Positions 36,461 through 46,341 of a stretch of 64,000 nucleotides of DNA are shown here, in pieces. The notes beneath the pieces are model-generated. The model did no database searches, was not told the origin of the DNA, and saw nothing but the letters and a program-made list of their open reading frames with translations. How positions within the stretch are numbered: position 1 is the first letter of the stretch; every line of letters starts with the position of its first letter. Source of the DNA: Methanomassiliicoccaceae archaeon UBA472 (lineage in GTDB: Archaea; Thermoplasmatota; Thermoplasmata; Methanomassiliicoccales; UBA472); assembly GCA_002497075.1 (NCBI GenBank), contig DAML01000026.1, forward strand, positions 128,493 to 192,492, in the 5' to 3' direction. The translations under genes and the position numbers were made by a program.

Positions 36461-38404
36461 ATGGAACTGGGTTTGGGGATCGACACCGGAGGCACGTACA
36501 CCGACGCGGCCATGGTCGACCTCGGCACTAAAAGGCTGATCGCCTGGAGTAAGAGCCCCACCACCCCCCAGGACCTGACGATAGGCATCGAGAACTCGGT
36601 GCGGTCCCTTCTGAAGAAGCAGAGTTTCGATACGGCACGGATCAAGTTGGTGGGGTTATCGACCACCCTGGCCACCAACTCCGTGCTTGAGTCGCGGGGC
36701 GGAAGGGTCTGCCTCATCGGCATCGGCTGGGACACTGAGGACGTGGACGCCCTGGGCGCGGAGCGCTGCGCGTTCATCAAGGGCGGTCACGACAGCAAGG
36801 GCCGGGAGCTTGACGCACTTGACCTGAAAGGACTGCGCGAAACGGTGGAGACCGTGAGGGACGAAGTGGACGCCTTCGTCGTTTCCTCCATGTTCAGCGT
36901 GTATCAGCCCAGCCACGAGGACCGGGCGCGGCATCTGATAAGAGAACTGACCGGAATGCCGGTGGTCGCCGCCTACGAGCTGAGCGGGGAGCTGGGTGTG
37001 GTAGAGAGGAGCGTCACGGCCGTGCTGAACGCCAGGCTGTTGCCGGTGATATCCGATTTCCTGGACCGCATCGAGTCTTCGTTGAGAGCTTTGCACGTCG
37101 TGGCCAACATCGTCGTGCTCAAGGGGGACGGGAACGTAATGCCCGTGAGGTCGGCCAGGGAGCGCCCGGTGGAGACCATACTTTCCGGGCCGGCCGCTTC
37201 ACTTTTAGGCGGTTCCCGCCTATCCGGCCTGGACAACTGCCTGGTGGTGGACATGGGCGGGACGTCCACCGATATCGCCTACATCGACAACGGTTTCCCC
37301 CGCATCGGCCGGGAGGGAGCGCAGCTGGGCGGCTGGCGCACCCGCGTACGGTCCATAGACGCTACCACCGTAGGCTTGGGCGGGGATTCGGAGATCGGCT
37401 CGGACCTGCACGGAGATCTCATGATAGGGCCGGCCAGGGTGCTTCCCCTGGCTCTTGCCGGGGAACTTGCGAAGAACTTGCCGCGCGCGATCATGGAGAG
37501 ACGGCGAACCGATTTCTTCGTTACCGCACGGGGTCCGGAACGGCTGTCGGGCAACAAGCTCCAGATATACCAGAAAGTGGAAGAGATGGGCTTGTGCGAC
37601 GAGGAGGACCTCCGCTCCGCGCTCCCGGACATCTACTTGGTCAGGGAGACGGCCAGGGAACTCGTCCGCTCCGGGAATCTTCTGCGCACAGGGCTCACGC
37701 CCACGGACATCTTCAACCTGGAAGGGCTTTACAGGATAGGGGACGCGGCCTCGTCCCGGGCTGGCGTGGAGCATTATCTGGAAGGCACCCGGATGACCGT
37801 GGAGGCTTACTGCGCCCGGGTGATGCACCGGATGGTCGGTCGTCTGGCCGAAGAGGTCGTGCGCAAGGTGGTGGCAGAAGAGATCGGCGATCTGCCTAGG
37901 GATGCTACAGTGGACCGTCTGGTGCAGCTGATGGCTGGGGAGCGCTCTTCGGGTTCCTTCCGCATCGACCTCCGGCTGGACCGACCCATCGTGGGCATCG
38001 GAGGACCGGCACGATTGCTCATGCCCTCGCTGCGAGAGCTTCTTGGCGCTGAGGTGGTCATCCCGGAGGGTGGACCGGTCGGTAACGCCGTTGGCGCGGT
38101 CTGCTCGCGGATATCGGAATCGCTCACGCTGCGCATCCAGACACTGAGCGACGGGCAGTTCCAGATGGTCACGCCGTGGGGGGACGCCCAGGACTTCCGA
38201 AGGGCCGAGGACGCCGTCAAGAGGGCCAGGGAGCTGGCGGAGGAGCATGTCTGGGGCAAGGCCGATCGAGCCGGAGCGGTCGACATCACCCTGCGCTCGG
38301 ACGTCCGGGAGGTCCGTTTCAAGGACCAGAAGGGCGTGGACCACCTGAACTGGATAGAGGTCACCGCCCGGGCGACGGGCGAACCGGGGCAAGGTCATCA
38401 TTAA
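36461..38404 (+). CDS. hydantoinase/oxoprolinase-family protein (647 aa)
   Basis: N-terminal GIDTGGTYTDAAMVD and internal DMGGTSTDIA ASKHA-type phosphate motifs. Confidence 0.8.
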   Translation: MELGLGIDTGGTYTDAAMVDLGTKRLIAWSKSPTTPQDLTIGIENSVRSLLKKQSFDTARIKLVGLSTTLATNSVLESRGGRVCLIGIGWDTEDVDALGAERCAFIKGGHDSKGRELDALDLKGLRETVETVRDEVDAFVVSSMFSVYQPSHEDRARHLIRELTGMPVVAAYELSGELGVVERSVTAVLNARLLPVISDFLDRIESSLRALHVVANIVVLKGDGNVMPVRSARERPVETILSGPAASLLGGSRLSGLDNCLVVDMGGTSTDIAYIDNGFPRIGREGAQLGGWRTRVRSIDATTVGLGGDSEIGSDLHGDLMIGPARVLPLALAGELAKNLPRAIMERRRTDFFVTARGPERLSGNKLQIYQKVEEMGLCDEEDLRSALPDIYLVRETARELVRSGNLLRTGLTPTDIFNLEGLYRIGDAASSRAGVEHYLEGTRMTVEAYCARVMHRMVGRLAEEVVRKVVAEEIGDLPRDATVDRLVQLMAGERSSGSFRIDLRLDRPIVGIGGPARLLMPSLRELLGAEVVIPEGGPVGNAVGAVCSRISESLTLRIQTLSDGQFQMVTPWGDAQDFRRAEDAVKRARELAEEHVWGKADRAGAVDITLRSDVREVRFKDQKGVDHLNWIEVTARATGEPGQGHH

Positions 38405-38428
38405 ATCGGTACATGCCGATTCGAAGGC

Positions 38429-39535
38429 ATGGCTTCCTCCAAGGTCTACTTCACCGATATGCACACCTGCCAAGGCAGCAACCTGCTGCAGAAGATGGAA
38501 AAGCTCCTGCGCAAGGCCGGCCTGGACAAGATGGACCTGGACGGAAAGATGGTCGCGGTCAAACTGCATATGGGCGAGCCAGGGAATCTCGCGTACATCC
38601 GCCCGAACTTCGCCGCGGTCCTGGTCAGGATGATCAAGGAGAAGGGCGGAAAACCGTTCCTGACCGATTGTAACACCTTGTACAGGGGCAAGAGGGCTAA
38701 CGCCGTGGACCATCTGAACGTAGCGATGGAGAACGGCTTCAACCGCATCGCCGTGGGCTGCGATGTGATCATCGCCGACGGGCTGTGGGGGAACGAACAG
38801 CGCGAAATTCTCATCGAAAAGGAGCTGTGCCGGACGGCGAAGATAGGAAGCGCCATAGCCGACGCGGACGTGATAATATCTTTGAGCCATTTCAAAGGCC
38901 ACGACCTCACCGGTTTCGGCGGAGCCCTTAAGAACCTGGGCATGGGGAGCGGAAGCCGCTGCGGGAAGATGGAGATGCACGCGTCCTCCCACCCCACCGT
39001 GGACGCCAAGAAATGCGTGGGCTGCGGGCAATGCGTCAGAAATTGCCCGGAGAAGGCCATTGTGCTTAACGCCAAGAAAAAGGCGGTCATCGATCAGGCT
39101 CTGTGCGTGGGCTGCGGGCAATGCGTGGCCGTCTGTCGTTACGGAGCGCCGGAGGTGGAATGGGAAGGTTCCTCGGAGATCGTCAACAAGAAGATCGCCG
39201 AGTACGCGTACGCCGTGATCAGTGGCAAACCATCGTTCCACATATCCCTCATCATGGACGTCTCGCCGAACTGCGACTGCTGGCCCTTCAATGACGTTCC
39301 CATCGTCCCGGACATCGGCTTAGCCGCATCCAAGGACCCGGTGGCCCTGGACATGGCCTGCGCCACGCTGGTCAACGAGGCGTCGGTGGGAAAGGGAAGC
39401 GTTCTTGATGTCAAAGGGAAAAAGGGCGACAAGTTCAAGGCGATCTATCCCAACACGGACTGGATGACCGGAATGGACCACGGGCAGCGCATCGGCCTGG
39501 GAAAGAAGGATTACGAGCTGGTCCGGTTGAAATGA
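38429..39535 (+). CDS. DUF362 protein with two 4Fe-4S ferredoxin motifs
   Basis: SKVYFTDM..., HMGEPGNLAYIRPN and FLTDCNTLY match the DUF362 pattern. CVGCGQCVRNCP and CVGCGQCVAVC cluster motifs are present. Confidence 0.82.
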   Translation: MASSKVYFTDMHTCQGSNLLQKMEKLLRKAGLDKMDLDGKMVAVKLHMGEPGNLAYIRPNFAAVLVRMIKEKGGKPFLTDCNTLYRGKRANAVDHLNVAMENGFNRIAVGCDVIIADGLWGNEQREILIEKELCRTAKIGSAIADADVIISLSHFKGHDLTGFGGALKNLGMGSGSRCGKMEMHASSHPTVDAKKCVGCGQCVRNCPEKAIVLNAKKKAVIDQALCVGCGQCVAVCRYGAPEVEWEGSSEIVNKKIAEYAYAVISGKPSFHISLIMDVSPNCDCWPFNDVPIVPDIGLAASKDPVALDMACATLVNEASVGKGSVLDVKGKKGDKFKAIYPNTDWMTGMDHGQRIGLGKKDYELVRLK

Positions 39536-39572
39536 TTGTAAAAGATATTATCGGATAGAGCGTTGACCGTTC

Positions 39573-40760
39573 ATGGTCGATTTCCGTCCGTTCCGCCCCT
39601 ACATCCCTCGCCTGGAAAACGGCGAGGCGATCATCGATCGCGTGTCCCCGCCCTACGATGTCATATCCGCCGAGGAGCTGGCAAGACTGAAAGGGAACCG
39701 CTTTAACGTCACCAACGTGACCATGGGCGGGATCGGCGGGGATTACACCGCGACCGGGGCGGCGCTCCGTTCCTGGATAGAGCACGGCGCTCTGGCGCAG
39801 GACCGGCGGGATGCTTTCTACACCTACAAGCAGACCTTCTGCGAGGGTGAGCATTGCTGGCAGAGGACCGGGATAATCGGGATACTGGCGGCCAAGGGCT
39901 ACGCTGAAGGTGTCGTTCCTCATGAGGAGACCTTCCCCAAGGTCAAGGAGGACCGTTTGAACCTGCTCCGGGGAACGGAGACGCACTGCGAATCGATCTT
40001 CGGGATCTTCGATGAGCTGTCCGCCAAGTCAAGGGATAAGATCGAGGACCTGGAGACCAAGGTCCTGGAGTTCACCGATCCCCAGGGCGTGCGGCACTGC
40101 CTGTTCCGGGTCTGCGATCCTGAAACGGTAAAGGCGATATCCGATGAGCTCAGGGAAAAGACCGTGCTCATCGCCGACGGCCACCACCGGTTTGAGACGT
40201 CCTCACGTTACGCGCAGGAGAATCCTGACTCGCCGGCAAAGCAGTTCGTGCTGGCCACCCTGGTGCCGTCCAACGATCCTGGACTTTTAGTGTTCCCGAC
40301 ACACCGTCTGGTGAAGGACCTGCCTGTTCCGGCCGACAGGTTCCTGGAGATCATGAAGAGCAGGTTCGAGCTGCAGACGGTGCCGTCACCTTCCGAACTG
40401 GCCTCCGCCCTGGAAGGCCGGCCGTCCTCGGACATAGGACTGGTCATTGACGGAAGGGCGTACCTCGCCTCCCCCCGGGACCTGCCGGCCGACCCGATGT
40501 GGGAGCTGGACTCCTACGTAGGCCAGGAATGGGTGCTGAAGGGAGAGGCCTGGAAGGAAGAGCCGCAGGTGTTATACGAACACGACACCGCCAAGGCCTT
40601 GGCCAAGGTGGCCGATGGGTATCGGCTGATGGTCATGCTGAGGTCGCCCTCGGTGGAAAAGATATGGGAGCTGGCCCGCATGGACCGCCGCATGCCCAAG
40701 AAGTCCACCTACTTCTGGCCGAAGATGTGGTCCGGGTTCGTCTACTACCGCATGGCGTGA
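39573..40760 (+). CDS. DUF1015 family protein
   Basis: FRPFRPYIP...VSPPYDVIS N-terminus, IADGHHRFETS and VFPTHRL motifs. Confidence 0.78.
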   Translation: MVDFRPFRPYIPRLENGEAIIDRVSPPYDVISAEELARLKGNRFNVTNVTMGGIGGDYTATGAALRSWIEHGALAQDRRDAFYTYKQTFCEGEHCWQRTGIIGILAAKGYAEGVVPHEETFPKVKEDRLNLLRGTETHCESIFGIFDELSAKSRDKIEDLETKVLEFTDPQGVRHCLFRVCDPETVKAISDELREKTVLIADGHHRFETSSRYAQENPDSPAKQFVLATLVPSNDPGLLVFPTHRLVKDLPVPADRFLEIMKSRFELQTVPSPSELASALEGRPSSDIGLVIDGRAYLASPRDLPADPMWELDSYVGQEWVLKGEAWKEEPQVLYEHDTAKALAKVADGYRLMVMLRSPSVEKIWELARMDRRMPKKSTYFWPKMWSGFVYYRMA

Positions 40761-40761
40761 A

Positions 40762-43014
40762 CTACCTCTTGCGGCGTCGCAGATATATCGCCATGGATCC
40801 CCCAATGGCCAAGATCGCCAAGGTTAGGAGAACAAATCCAATATAGGGGGAGGTAAGCGAAATGCCCCCCTCCTTACCGTAGACCATCTCCACATCGCCG
40901 ACGTCCTGGTCTTCCCCGGGCAAGACCTGGATGCTCAAGGGGCGAGCGGTGTAATCGTCCTTCCAGAATTCGAACGAATAGTTGCCTGGGGCAACCTCGA
41001 GAGAGAAACGCCCATCAGCCCCTGTGTAAACATCGACACTGCCCAATACCACGCGAACACCTTCGAGGGCGTTCCCGTCCTCGTCTATGACGCGCCCGCT
41101 CACGGTGGCGTTCGGCCCTTCGGTCCTGAAGGTCCAGCTGAACTCGGTCATGTTGTTCCCAGCCAGATCGCGGCCGTTCACCTTGACGGAATAGTCGGTC
41201 TCGAATTCCATCAGCATGCCGAGGGTGAAGGTACGGTCGTTCCATATGCCGTTGGTCTGGACCAAGTTGATCGTCACCACTACCGAACTGGCGTTCATGT
41301 TCTCGGAGAAGGTGATGCTGATGGCGCCCCCTTGCTCGGCGTCCAGGCCTTGAGGTGCGTGAGCGATCACCTCTGGCGGCGTGATGTCCGCGGGTATCTC
41401 CAACCCGGAAATGCTGGTCAGCGGGAACGGGTCCTGGCATCCTCCGGACAGATTGTACGGCAGGTCCACGATCCCGTCGTCGTTATCATCTGGGGAAAGC
41501 CAGTCGGCCCAAAGGTTGCCGGTGCCGAGGGACCAGTTGTTCCCCTCCTCGCCGCAGTAGGCCTGCGGCCTCAGCGGGGAGTACTGTCTGCCGGAGTCCT
41601 TGTTGAAGAGCAGGGCGTTGCCATAAATGGAGTTCCCGGACCCTTCTTCGAGATACACGCCTTCCTGGACGTTGCTCATGAACAGGTTGCTGACCACCAC
41701 GTTATCGTCGGTACCCCGGAGGTGCAGACCGAAGCCATCGTTGTACGATGCCTCGTTGTTCCCTACGCGCATATCATGACATCCGGCGCCCAGGTAAACC
41801 CCGTCATCCCCCCCGTTCGCGAAGGAGTTGTTCACCAGTTCGGAATTGACGGTGTAGATAAGATAGGCTCCCTCCTTGACAGAACCGCTGATGGAATTGT
41901 TGGAGATGCTGATCCCGGTTATCTCCTGTCCGGAGAGGGTTGCCGCCCGGATGCCGACGTTGCACCCGGATATGTCGTTCCCATTGACGATGGTGTCCTT
42001 GACCTCTCCGATACCCAGGTAAATGCCCACCGCGGAATCCGATCTGGTCATGCGCATTATGACGTTGTCGAGCACCTCGTTGCCTTGACCAGGGCTGATC
42101 AGCACGCCGAAGGCCCCGTCCACGATAACATTGGCGGAGATCAGATTGCGGTCGGCGTCGGTCCCGACCAGTATACCCCGGGTGTTGTTCGAGAGCACGT
42201 TGCCGGAGACCTCGTTGTCGGTCCAATCAATCTCCACCCCCTGGAAGCATCCAGAGATCGCGTTCCCGGACACATTCTCCGATGTTCCGAATGAGATCAT
42301 GACCCCAGAACCCACAGTGTTTCGGATGGTGTTGTTGAGCACATTGTCGCCAGTAGTAATGCGGGAATCGCCGAGCACTATCCCGTTGGACCCCTCATCG
42401 ATGGTGTTGCCGAGAATTTTCACACCTTGGCATCCATCTATGAGTATCCCGGTGTCCATGTTTCCTACGAGGAAGGTGCTGTGGGTGACCTTGACGGTAC
42501 CATCCGAACAGTCCAGCAGGTGCACCCCGGTCCTGAGGTTATTGATGAACCGGGAGCCGTTGATGGTAACGTTGCTGGACCCGACCACCGTCACTCCCCT
42601 GACGTTGTATTCGGTCAGGCAATCCTCTATGAGGGCATTGGTGACGTTGACCAGCAGTATCCCAGAACCGCTCTCCGATAGGTCGAGGGGATCGTGGTTA
42701 GGTGAATATGCGTCATGGACATAGCACCCCTCGATGCGGAAGTGCGCGGTGGTGTTGGAGATGCGTATCCCGTGCAGCTCGAGGGAAGCGTTGAGACTGA
42801 TGTCCCTGAGGATGTAAGGGTCCTCAGAAGTGCCGCTGCCGGTGAAGCCCGCGGCGTTGAAGCCCCCGTTGCCCTCCACCACGATCGGGTCGAACTTGAA
42901 TGTCAATCCTTGAGAACCGGGAGCGAGCGACGGTACCGTTAAAAGGACGCTGAGCAAGATCACGACGACGACACTGAGAACCCGCTTCCCCCGCTCCACC
43001 ATGGCCCTGCCCAT
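40762..43014 (-). CDS. secreted right-handed beta-helix (PbH1/NosD-like) surface protein with a C-terminal tail anchor (750 aa)
   Basis: Signal peptide. Many short G-x-x-(I/V/L)..S..N.(I/V)..N beta-helix turns. An Ig-like segment, then a CarboxypepD_reg-like segment (VSGRVIDEDGNALEGVRVV), then a single TM helix ending in RRRKR. Confidence 0.8.
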   Translation of the reverse strand: MGRAMVERGKRVLSVVVVILLSVLLTVPSLAPGSQGLTFKFDPIVVEGNGGFNAAGFTGSGTSEDPYILRDISLNASLELHGIRISNTTAHFRIEGCYVHDAYSPNHDPLDLSESGSGILLVNVTNALIEDCLTEYNVRGVTVVGSSNVTINGSRFINNLRTGVHLLDCSDGTVKVTHSTFLVGNMDTGILIDGCQGVKILGNTIDEGSNGIVLGDSRITTGDNVLNNTIRNTVGSGVMISFGTSENVSGNAISGCFQGVEIDWTDNEVSGNVLSNNTRGILVGTDADRNLISANVIVDGAFGVLISPGQGNEVLDNVIMRMTRSDSAVGIYLGIGEVKDTIVNGNDISGCNVGIRAATLSGQEITGISISNNSISGSVKEGAYLIYTVNSELVNNSFANGGDDGVYLGAGCHDMRVGNNEASYNDGFGLHLRGTDDNVVVSNLFMSNVQEGVYLEEGSGNSIYGNALLFNKDSGRQYSPLRPQAYCGEEGNNWSLGTGNLWADWLSPDDNDDGIVDLPYNLSGGCQDPFPLTSISGLEIPADITPPEVIAHAPQGLDAEQGGAISITFSENMNASSVVVTINLVQTNGIWNDRTFTLGMLMEFETDYSVKVNGRDLAGNNMTEFSWTFRTEGPNATVSGRVIDEDGNALEGVRVVLGSVDVYTGADGRFSLEVAPGNYSFEFWKDDYTARPLSIQVLPGEDQDVGDVEMVYGKEGGISLTSPYIGFVLLTLAILAIGGSMAIYLRRRKR

Positions 43015-43051
43015 GGGAATGCTGGGTTATGAATTTTTGTTGAGAATGATA

Positions 43052-43126
43052 TGGAGCCACTGGAGGGAATTGAACCCTCGACCTACGCCTTACCAAGGCG
43101 TCGCTATACCTCTAAGCCACAGTGGC
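43052..43126 (-). tRNA. tRNA-Thr (anticodon GGT), 3' CCA encoded
   Basis: Hand-folded. Acceptor GCCACTG/CAGTGGC, anticodon stem ACGCC/GGCGT, loop TTGGTAA, T-arm GAGGG-TTCAATT-CCCTC. Confidence 0.9.
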
Positions 43127-43218
43127 CTGCTCCACCGACAAACCGGTGGTCGTTCATAAACCTTTTGCTACTGGTCTAAGGCAAAATCCTTTTGATTGCG
43201 GGGGCGCTAGAGGTGGCG

Positions 43219-45132
43219 ATGAAGAAGGAGATGACGGCCTTCGACGTGGCGGCCATAACGTCGGAGATGCAGGGGCTGGTCGGTGGCTTCCTGGACAAGA
43301 TATTCCACTGGGACGGTCGCAACGTGCTGCTGCGCATAAACGTGCAGGGAACGGGCAAGAAGGAGCTCATGCTAAAGGACGGCCGTTGGCTGCATCTGGT
43401 GGCCGACCGCCCGGAGACGCCCGACACACCGTCCGGCTTCGCCGTGCACCTGCGCAAGGTGCTCTACAACACCCGGATCATCTCCGTCTCCCAGAGGGAG
43501 TTCGACCGCATCGTCACCATGGACCTGGCCGATCGTGACGGCACATACAAGCTCGTCTTCGAGCTCATCGGCGAGGGCAACCTGATAATGGTGAACGACG
43601 GAAAGATAACCAACGCCCTGGAGCAGAAGCGGTGGAGGCACCGGGACGTGCTCATCGGGGCCGAGTACGCGTACCCGCCCTCGAGGTTCGATCCGAGGAG
43701 CGCTTCCGCTGAGGATTTCACCACGGCGGTCCTCACCTCCAAGTCCGATCTCGTTCGAACGCTGGCCACTTCGGTGAACCTCGGCGGGCAGTACGGAGAG
43801 GAGGTCTGTCTCCGGACCGGTCTGGACAAGGGACGGAAGGCCTCCGGGATGACCGCGGAGGAAATAACTTCCCTGCGCTCGGCCACGCTCGGCCTCTTCG
43901 AGGCCCTCCGGGAAAGGGAGTTCGCCTGCCTGGTGTCCGAAGGAGACGCAGCGATCGACGCCACGCCCTATCCCCTCGTGGTCAACGAAGGTTTCACCAG
44001 GGAAGATATGCCCACGCTCTCCGCGGCTATCTCGGCGTTCCTCGCCAAAAAGAAAGAGGACGAGGTCAAGGTCGACCCGGAGCTGGAGAGGCTACAGAGG
44101 CAACTGGACCAGCAGTTGAAGGGGATCGAGGCGACCGAACGGGAGGCGGCCGTGCTGCAGGCGCAGGGCGATCTCCTCTACACCAGCTACGCTGACGTTT
44201 CGTTGACCCTGGAAAGGATGAACGGGCTGTCGAAGAACACCAGCTGGGAGAAGCTCAAGGAGCAGGGAACGAAGGTGCCTTTGGTCACTTCCGTGGAACC
44301 GCAGAAGAAGAGCTTCGTCATGAAGCTGGGCGACGAGCAGGTAACCCTTGATTACACTGTCGGTATAGACGAGAACGCCAACCGGCTGTACTCGCAGTCC
44401 AAGGAACTGAGGGAGAAGGCCGCCGGGGCCAAGGGAGCATTGGAGGAGACGCGAAAAGCAATGGCCAAGCGGGAAGCGAAGGGAGCCAAGGCCGCCCAAG
44501 AGGCCAAGGACCGCATGCAGCCCACCAAGCGCTTCTGGTTCGAGACGTACAAGTGGTTCATCACCTCCAACGGCCGCCTGGTACTGGGAGGAAGGGACGC
44601 CAAGTCCAACGACCAGGTGGTCAAGAAGCACCTGGGCGACCGGGAACGCTACGCTCACGCCGACTTCCACGGGGCGCCGTCCATCGTCCTCAAGGAAGGG
44701 GCGGAGGCGACGGAAAAGGAGATGCGGGAGATCTGCCAGTTCGCCCTCTGCCACTCCAAGGCCTGGAACGCCGGGGCCGCCGAGGGATCGGCTTACTGGG
44801 TGCTCCCGGACCAGGTTTCCAAACGGCCAGAGGCCGGAGAGTTCGCCCCGCGCGGGGCCTTCATCATCCGCGGGAAGCGTAATTACGAACACCATCTCCC
44901 GCTGGAGATGGTCATCGCCGAGGTGCTGGTGGAAGGGGCCCGGAAGATATCCTGTGCCCCCCGGGAGAGCGTCCCCTCGGAGAAGATGGTGGTCATCATT
45001 CCCGGGAAGATGCCGCGGGGGAAGACCTCCGCGATGCTGGCCAAAGCCTTCGGAGTGCCAGAAGAAGAGATATCCCGCATAATACCGCCGGGGGACCTGG
45101 AGATCAAGGAGACCGTCGGTATGAACCTGTAG
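43219..45132 (+). CDS. NFACT-family protein (archaeal Rqc2/RqcH/FbpA-like ribosome quality control factor)
   Basis: N-terminal NFACT-N pattern (MTAFDVAAITSEMQ...), a central coiled-coil, and an NFACT-R region (RYAHADFHGAPSIVLK). ATG at 43219 is preferred. Confidence 0.85.
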   Translation: MKKEMTAFDVAAITSEMQGLVGGFLDKIFHWDGRNVLLRINVQGTGKKELMLKDGRWLHLVADRPETPDTPSGFAVHLRKVLYNTRIISVSQREFDRIVTMDLADRDGTYKLVFELIGEGNLIMVNDGKITNALEQKRWRHRDVLIGAEYAYPPSRFDPRSASAEDFTTAVLTSKSDLVRTLATSVNLGGQYGEEVCLRTGLDKGRKASGMTAEEITSLRSATLGLFEALREREFACLVSEGDAAIDATPYPLVVNEGFTREDMPTLSAAISAFLAKKKEDEVKVDPELERLQRQLDQQLKGIEATEREAAVLQAQGDLLYTSYADVSLTLERMNGLSKNTSWEKLKEQGTKVPLVTSVEPQKKSFVMKLGDEQVTLDYTVGIDENANRLYSQSKELREKAAGAKGALEETRKAMAKREAKGAKAAQEAKDRMQPTKRFWFETYKWFITSNGRLVLGGRDAKSNDQVVKKHLGDRERYAHADFHGAPSIVLKEGAEATEKEMREICQFALCHSKAWNAGAAEGSAYWVLPDQVSKRPEAGEFAPRGAFIIRGKRNYEHHLPLEMVIAEVLVEGARKISCAPRESVPSEKMVVIIPGKMPRGKTSAMLAKAFGVPEEEISRIIPPGDLEIKETVGMNL

Positions 45133-45141
45133 TGAAAAGAG

Positions 45142-45215
45142 CGCCCGGGCCGGAATTCGAATCCGGGTCTAGAGGTTCGCAGCCTCTTAGGATATCCAAG
45201 CTACCCCACCCGGGC
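45142..45215 (-). tRNA. tRNA-Arg (anticodon GCG), CCA not encoded
   Basis: Hand-folded. Acceptor GCCCGGG/CCCGGGC, anticodon stem AGAGG/CCTCT, loop CTGCGAA, T-arm CCGGA-TTCGAAT-TCCGG, discriminator G. Confidence 0.88.
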
Positions 45216-45399
45216 CTATTTTGTGGACAATATGCTCCAATTACTAAAGCGTTGTTACTCCCCGGGCCGGTCGTAAGGATGTAAAGGAGTAATGCCAGAC
45301 GTTCGGTTCCGGAATAATATGACTTTATGAATGGAATACAAGATGAAAAATCAAGAAGATGTTATGACGGTCGCGCCGGGAGGCGCGATCAAAGGGGTT

Positions 45400-45591
45400 T
45401 CAGAAATCCTTGTTCTGCCAGTAGCGGCTGACGTAACCGGCGATGCGGTTCCTCATCATGATGGAGCTTACGTTGGTAAGCCTCTGGACCAGGATCTTGT
45501 TGTTCTCGAAGTCAGCGCTGAAAGCGCGGGGGTACTTCTCGACCAGTTCCACGGCCACTCTCTTAATGTAAGTTGGTCTGATGTTGCCCAT
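45400..45591 (-). CDS. rps17e: 30S ribosomal protein S17e
   Basis: MGNIRPTYIKRVAVELVEKYP...NKILVQ is the conserved S17e sequence, 63 aa. The ORF-track entry 45400-46260 is an upstream over-extension across thyX. Confidence 0.9.
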   Translation of the reverse strand: MGNIRPTYIKRVAVELVEKYPRAFSADFENNKILVQRLTNVSSIMMRNRIAGYVSRYWQNKDF

Positions 45592-45629
45592 AGCAATCTT
45601 CCCAGGTAAATGCGGCCAAAGTGTTGGAG

Positions 45630-46304
45630 TTATATAAATCTTAGCTCCGTGCGCGGTTTGCCACAGCTCAGCTTCCCTTCCGGACACTTCCCCCGGAGGC
45701 AGGCTGGGCCAGCATCCCTGAATATGGCCGGGGATGCTTTCCGTGCTTCCATCAACATCAGCTCGGCGGCGGTGCGTATCTCTTGCTGCGCCCTCCGGCA
45801 CGTGCGCAACGTAAAGAAGTGCCACAGCTCCCGGGCGTTCATCGTCACCACGATGTTCGTAGTGCAGGCGTTCGGCAATACGTAACGAGCGTCCTCCACC
45901 GGGACGACGGTCGACAGCTTCTGGTACGCTTCCCAGGCGTTCTCCATGGCCTCCTCGAACACCTTCTTGGATTCCGGATCGGACCGGACCGTTTCCGGAA
46001 TAACGTAATCCGGCTCCAGCAAGGACACGTACCTCTGGCTCTGCTGCGAGAAGCTGGCTATGCGGTGCCGGACCAGCTGGTGAGTAAGAGAACGTGATAC
46101 GCCTTCCAGCGAGAAGGTGTAAGAGGCGTGCTCGATGACCGAGTGGTGACCCATGCCCACCACCTTGTCGATGAAGGTGCCGGCCTTGCCTTCCTCCACG
46201 TCCTCCAGTATCTCGCTCGCCGGGTCCGGCGAATAGCAGGAGCGGGCGGCCGCGGCGCACAGCCGCTCGGCGTCGTTGGTGTACGAGAGAAGAACTACCT
46301 TCAT
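45630..46304 (-). CDS. thyX: FAD-dependent thymidylate synthase ThyX
   Basis: ThyX signature RHRIASFSQQSQRY, with HHSVIEH upstream. Confidence 0.92.
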   Translation of the reverse strand: MKVVLLSYTNDAERLCAAAARSCYSPDPASEILEDVEEGKAGTFIDKVVGMGHHSVIEHASYTFSLEGVSRSLTHQLVRHRIASFSQQSQRYVSLLEPDYVIPETVRSDPESKKVFEEAMENAWEAYQKLSTVVPVEDARYVLPNACTTNIVVTMNARELWHFFTLRTCRRAQQEIRTAAELMLMEARKASPAIFRDAGPACLRGKCPEGKLSCGKPRTELRFI

Positions 46305-46341
46305 CGAACGGGATATGCCATCCGGGGAAAAAGGATTTCCC

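Noticed and set aside
37220-39241. 673-aa minus-strand ORF spanning the hydantoinase-family and DUF362 genes
   Set aside because: It is antisense to two genes with clear family motifs and crosses their intergenic gap. Its H/R/P/G/A-rich composition is typical of high-GC antisense frames.
40762-40860. Possible PGF-CTERM/archaeosortase signal on the C-terminal anchors (SPYIGFVLLTL...RRRKR)
   Set aside because: The PGF tripeptide is absent (IGF in one protein, MGA in the other). Only the generic TM plus basic tail is shared, so it is reported as an uncharacterised tail anchor.
45142-45215. Three tRNAs encode 3' CCA while tRNA-Arg(GCG) does not
   Set aside because: Mixed genomic encoding of CCA is common in archaea and is not informative by itself.
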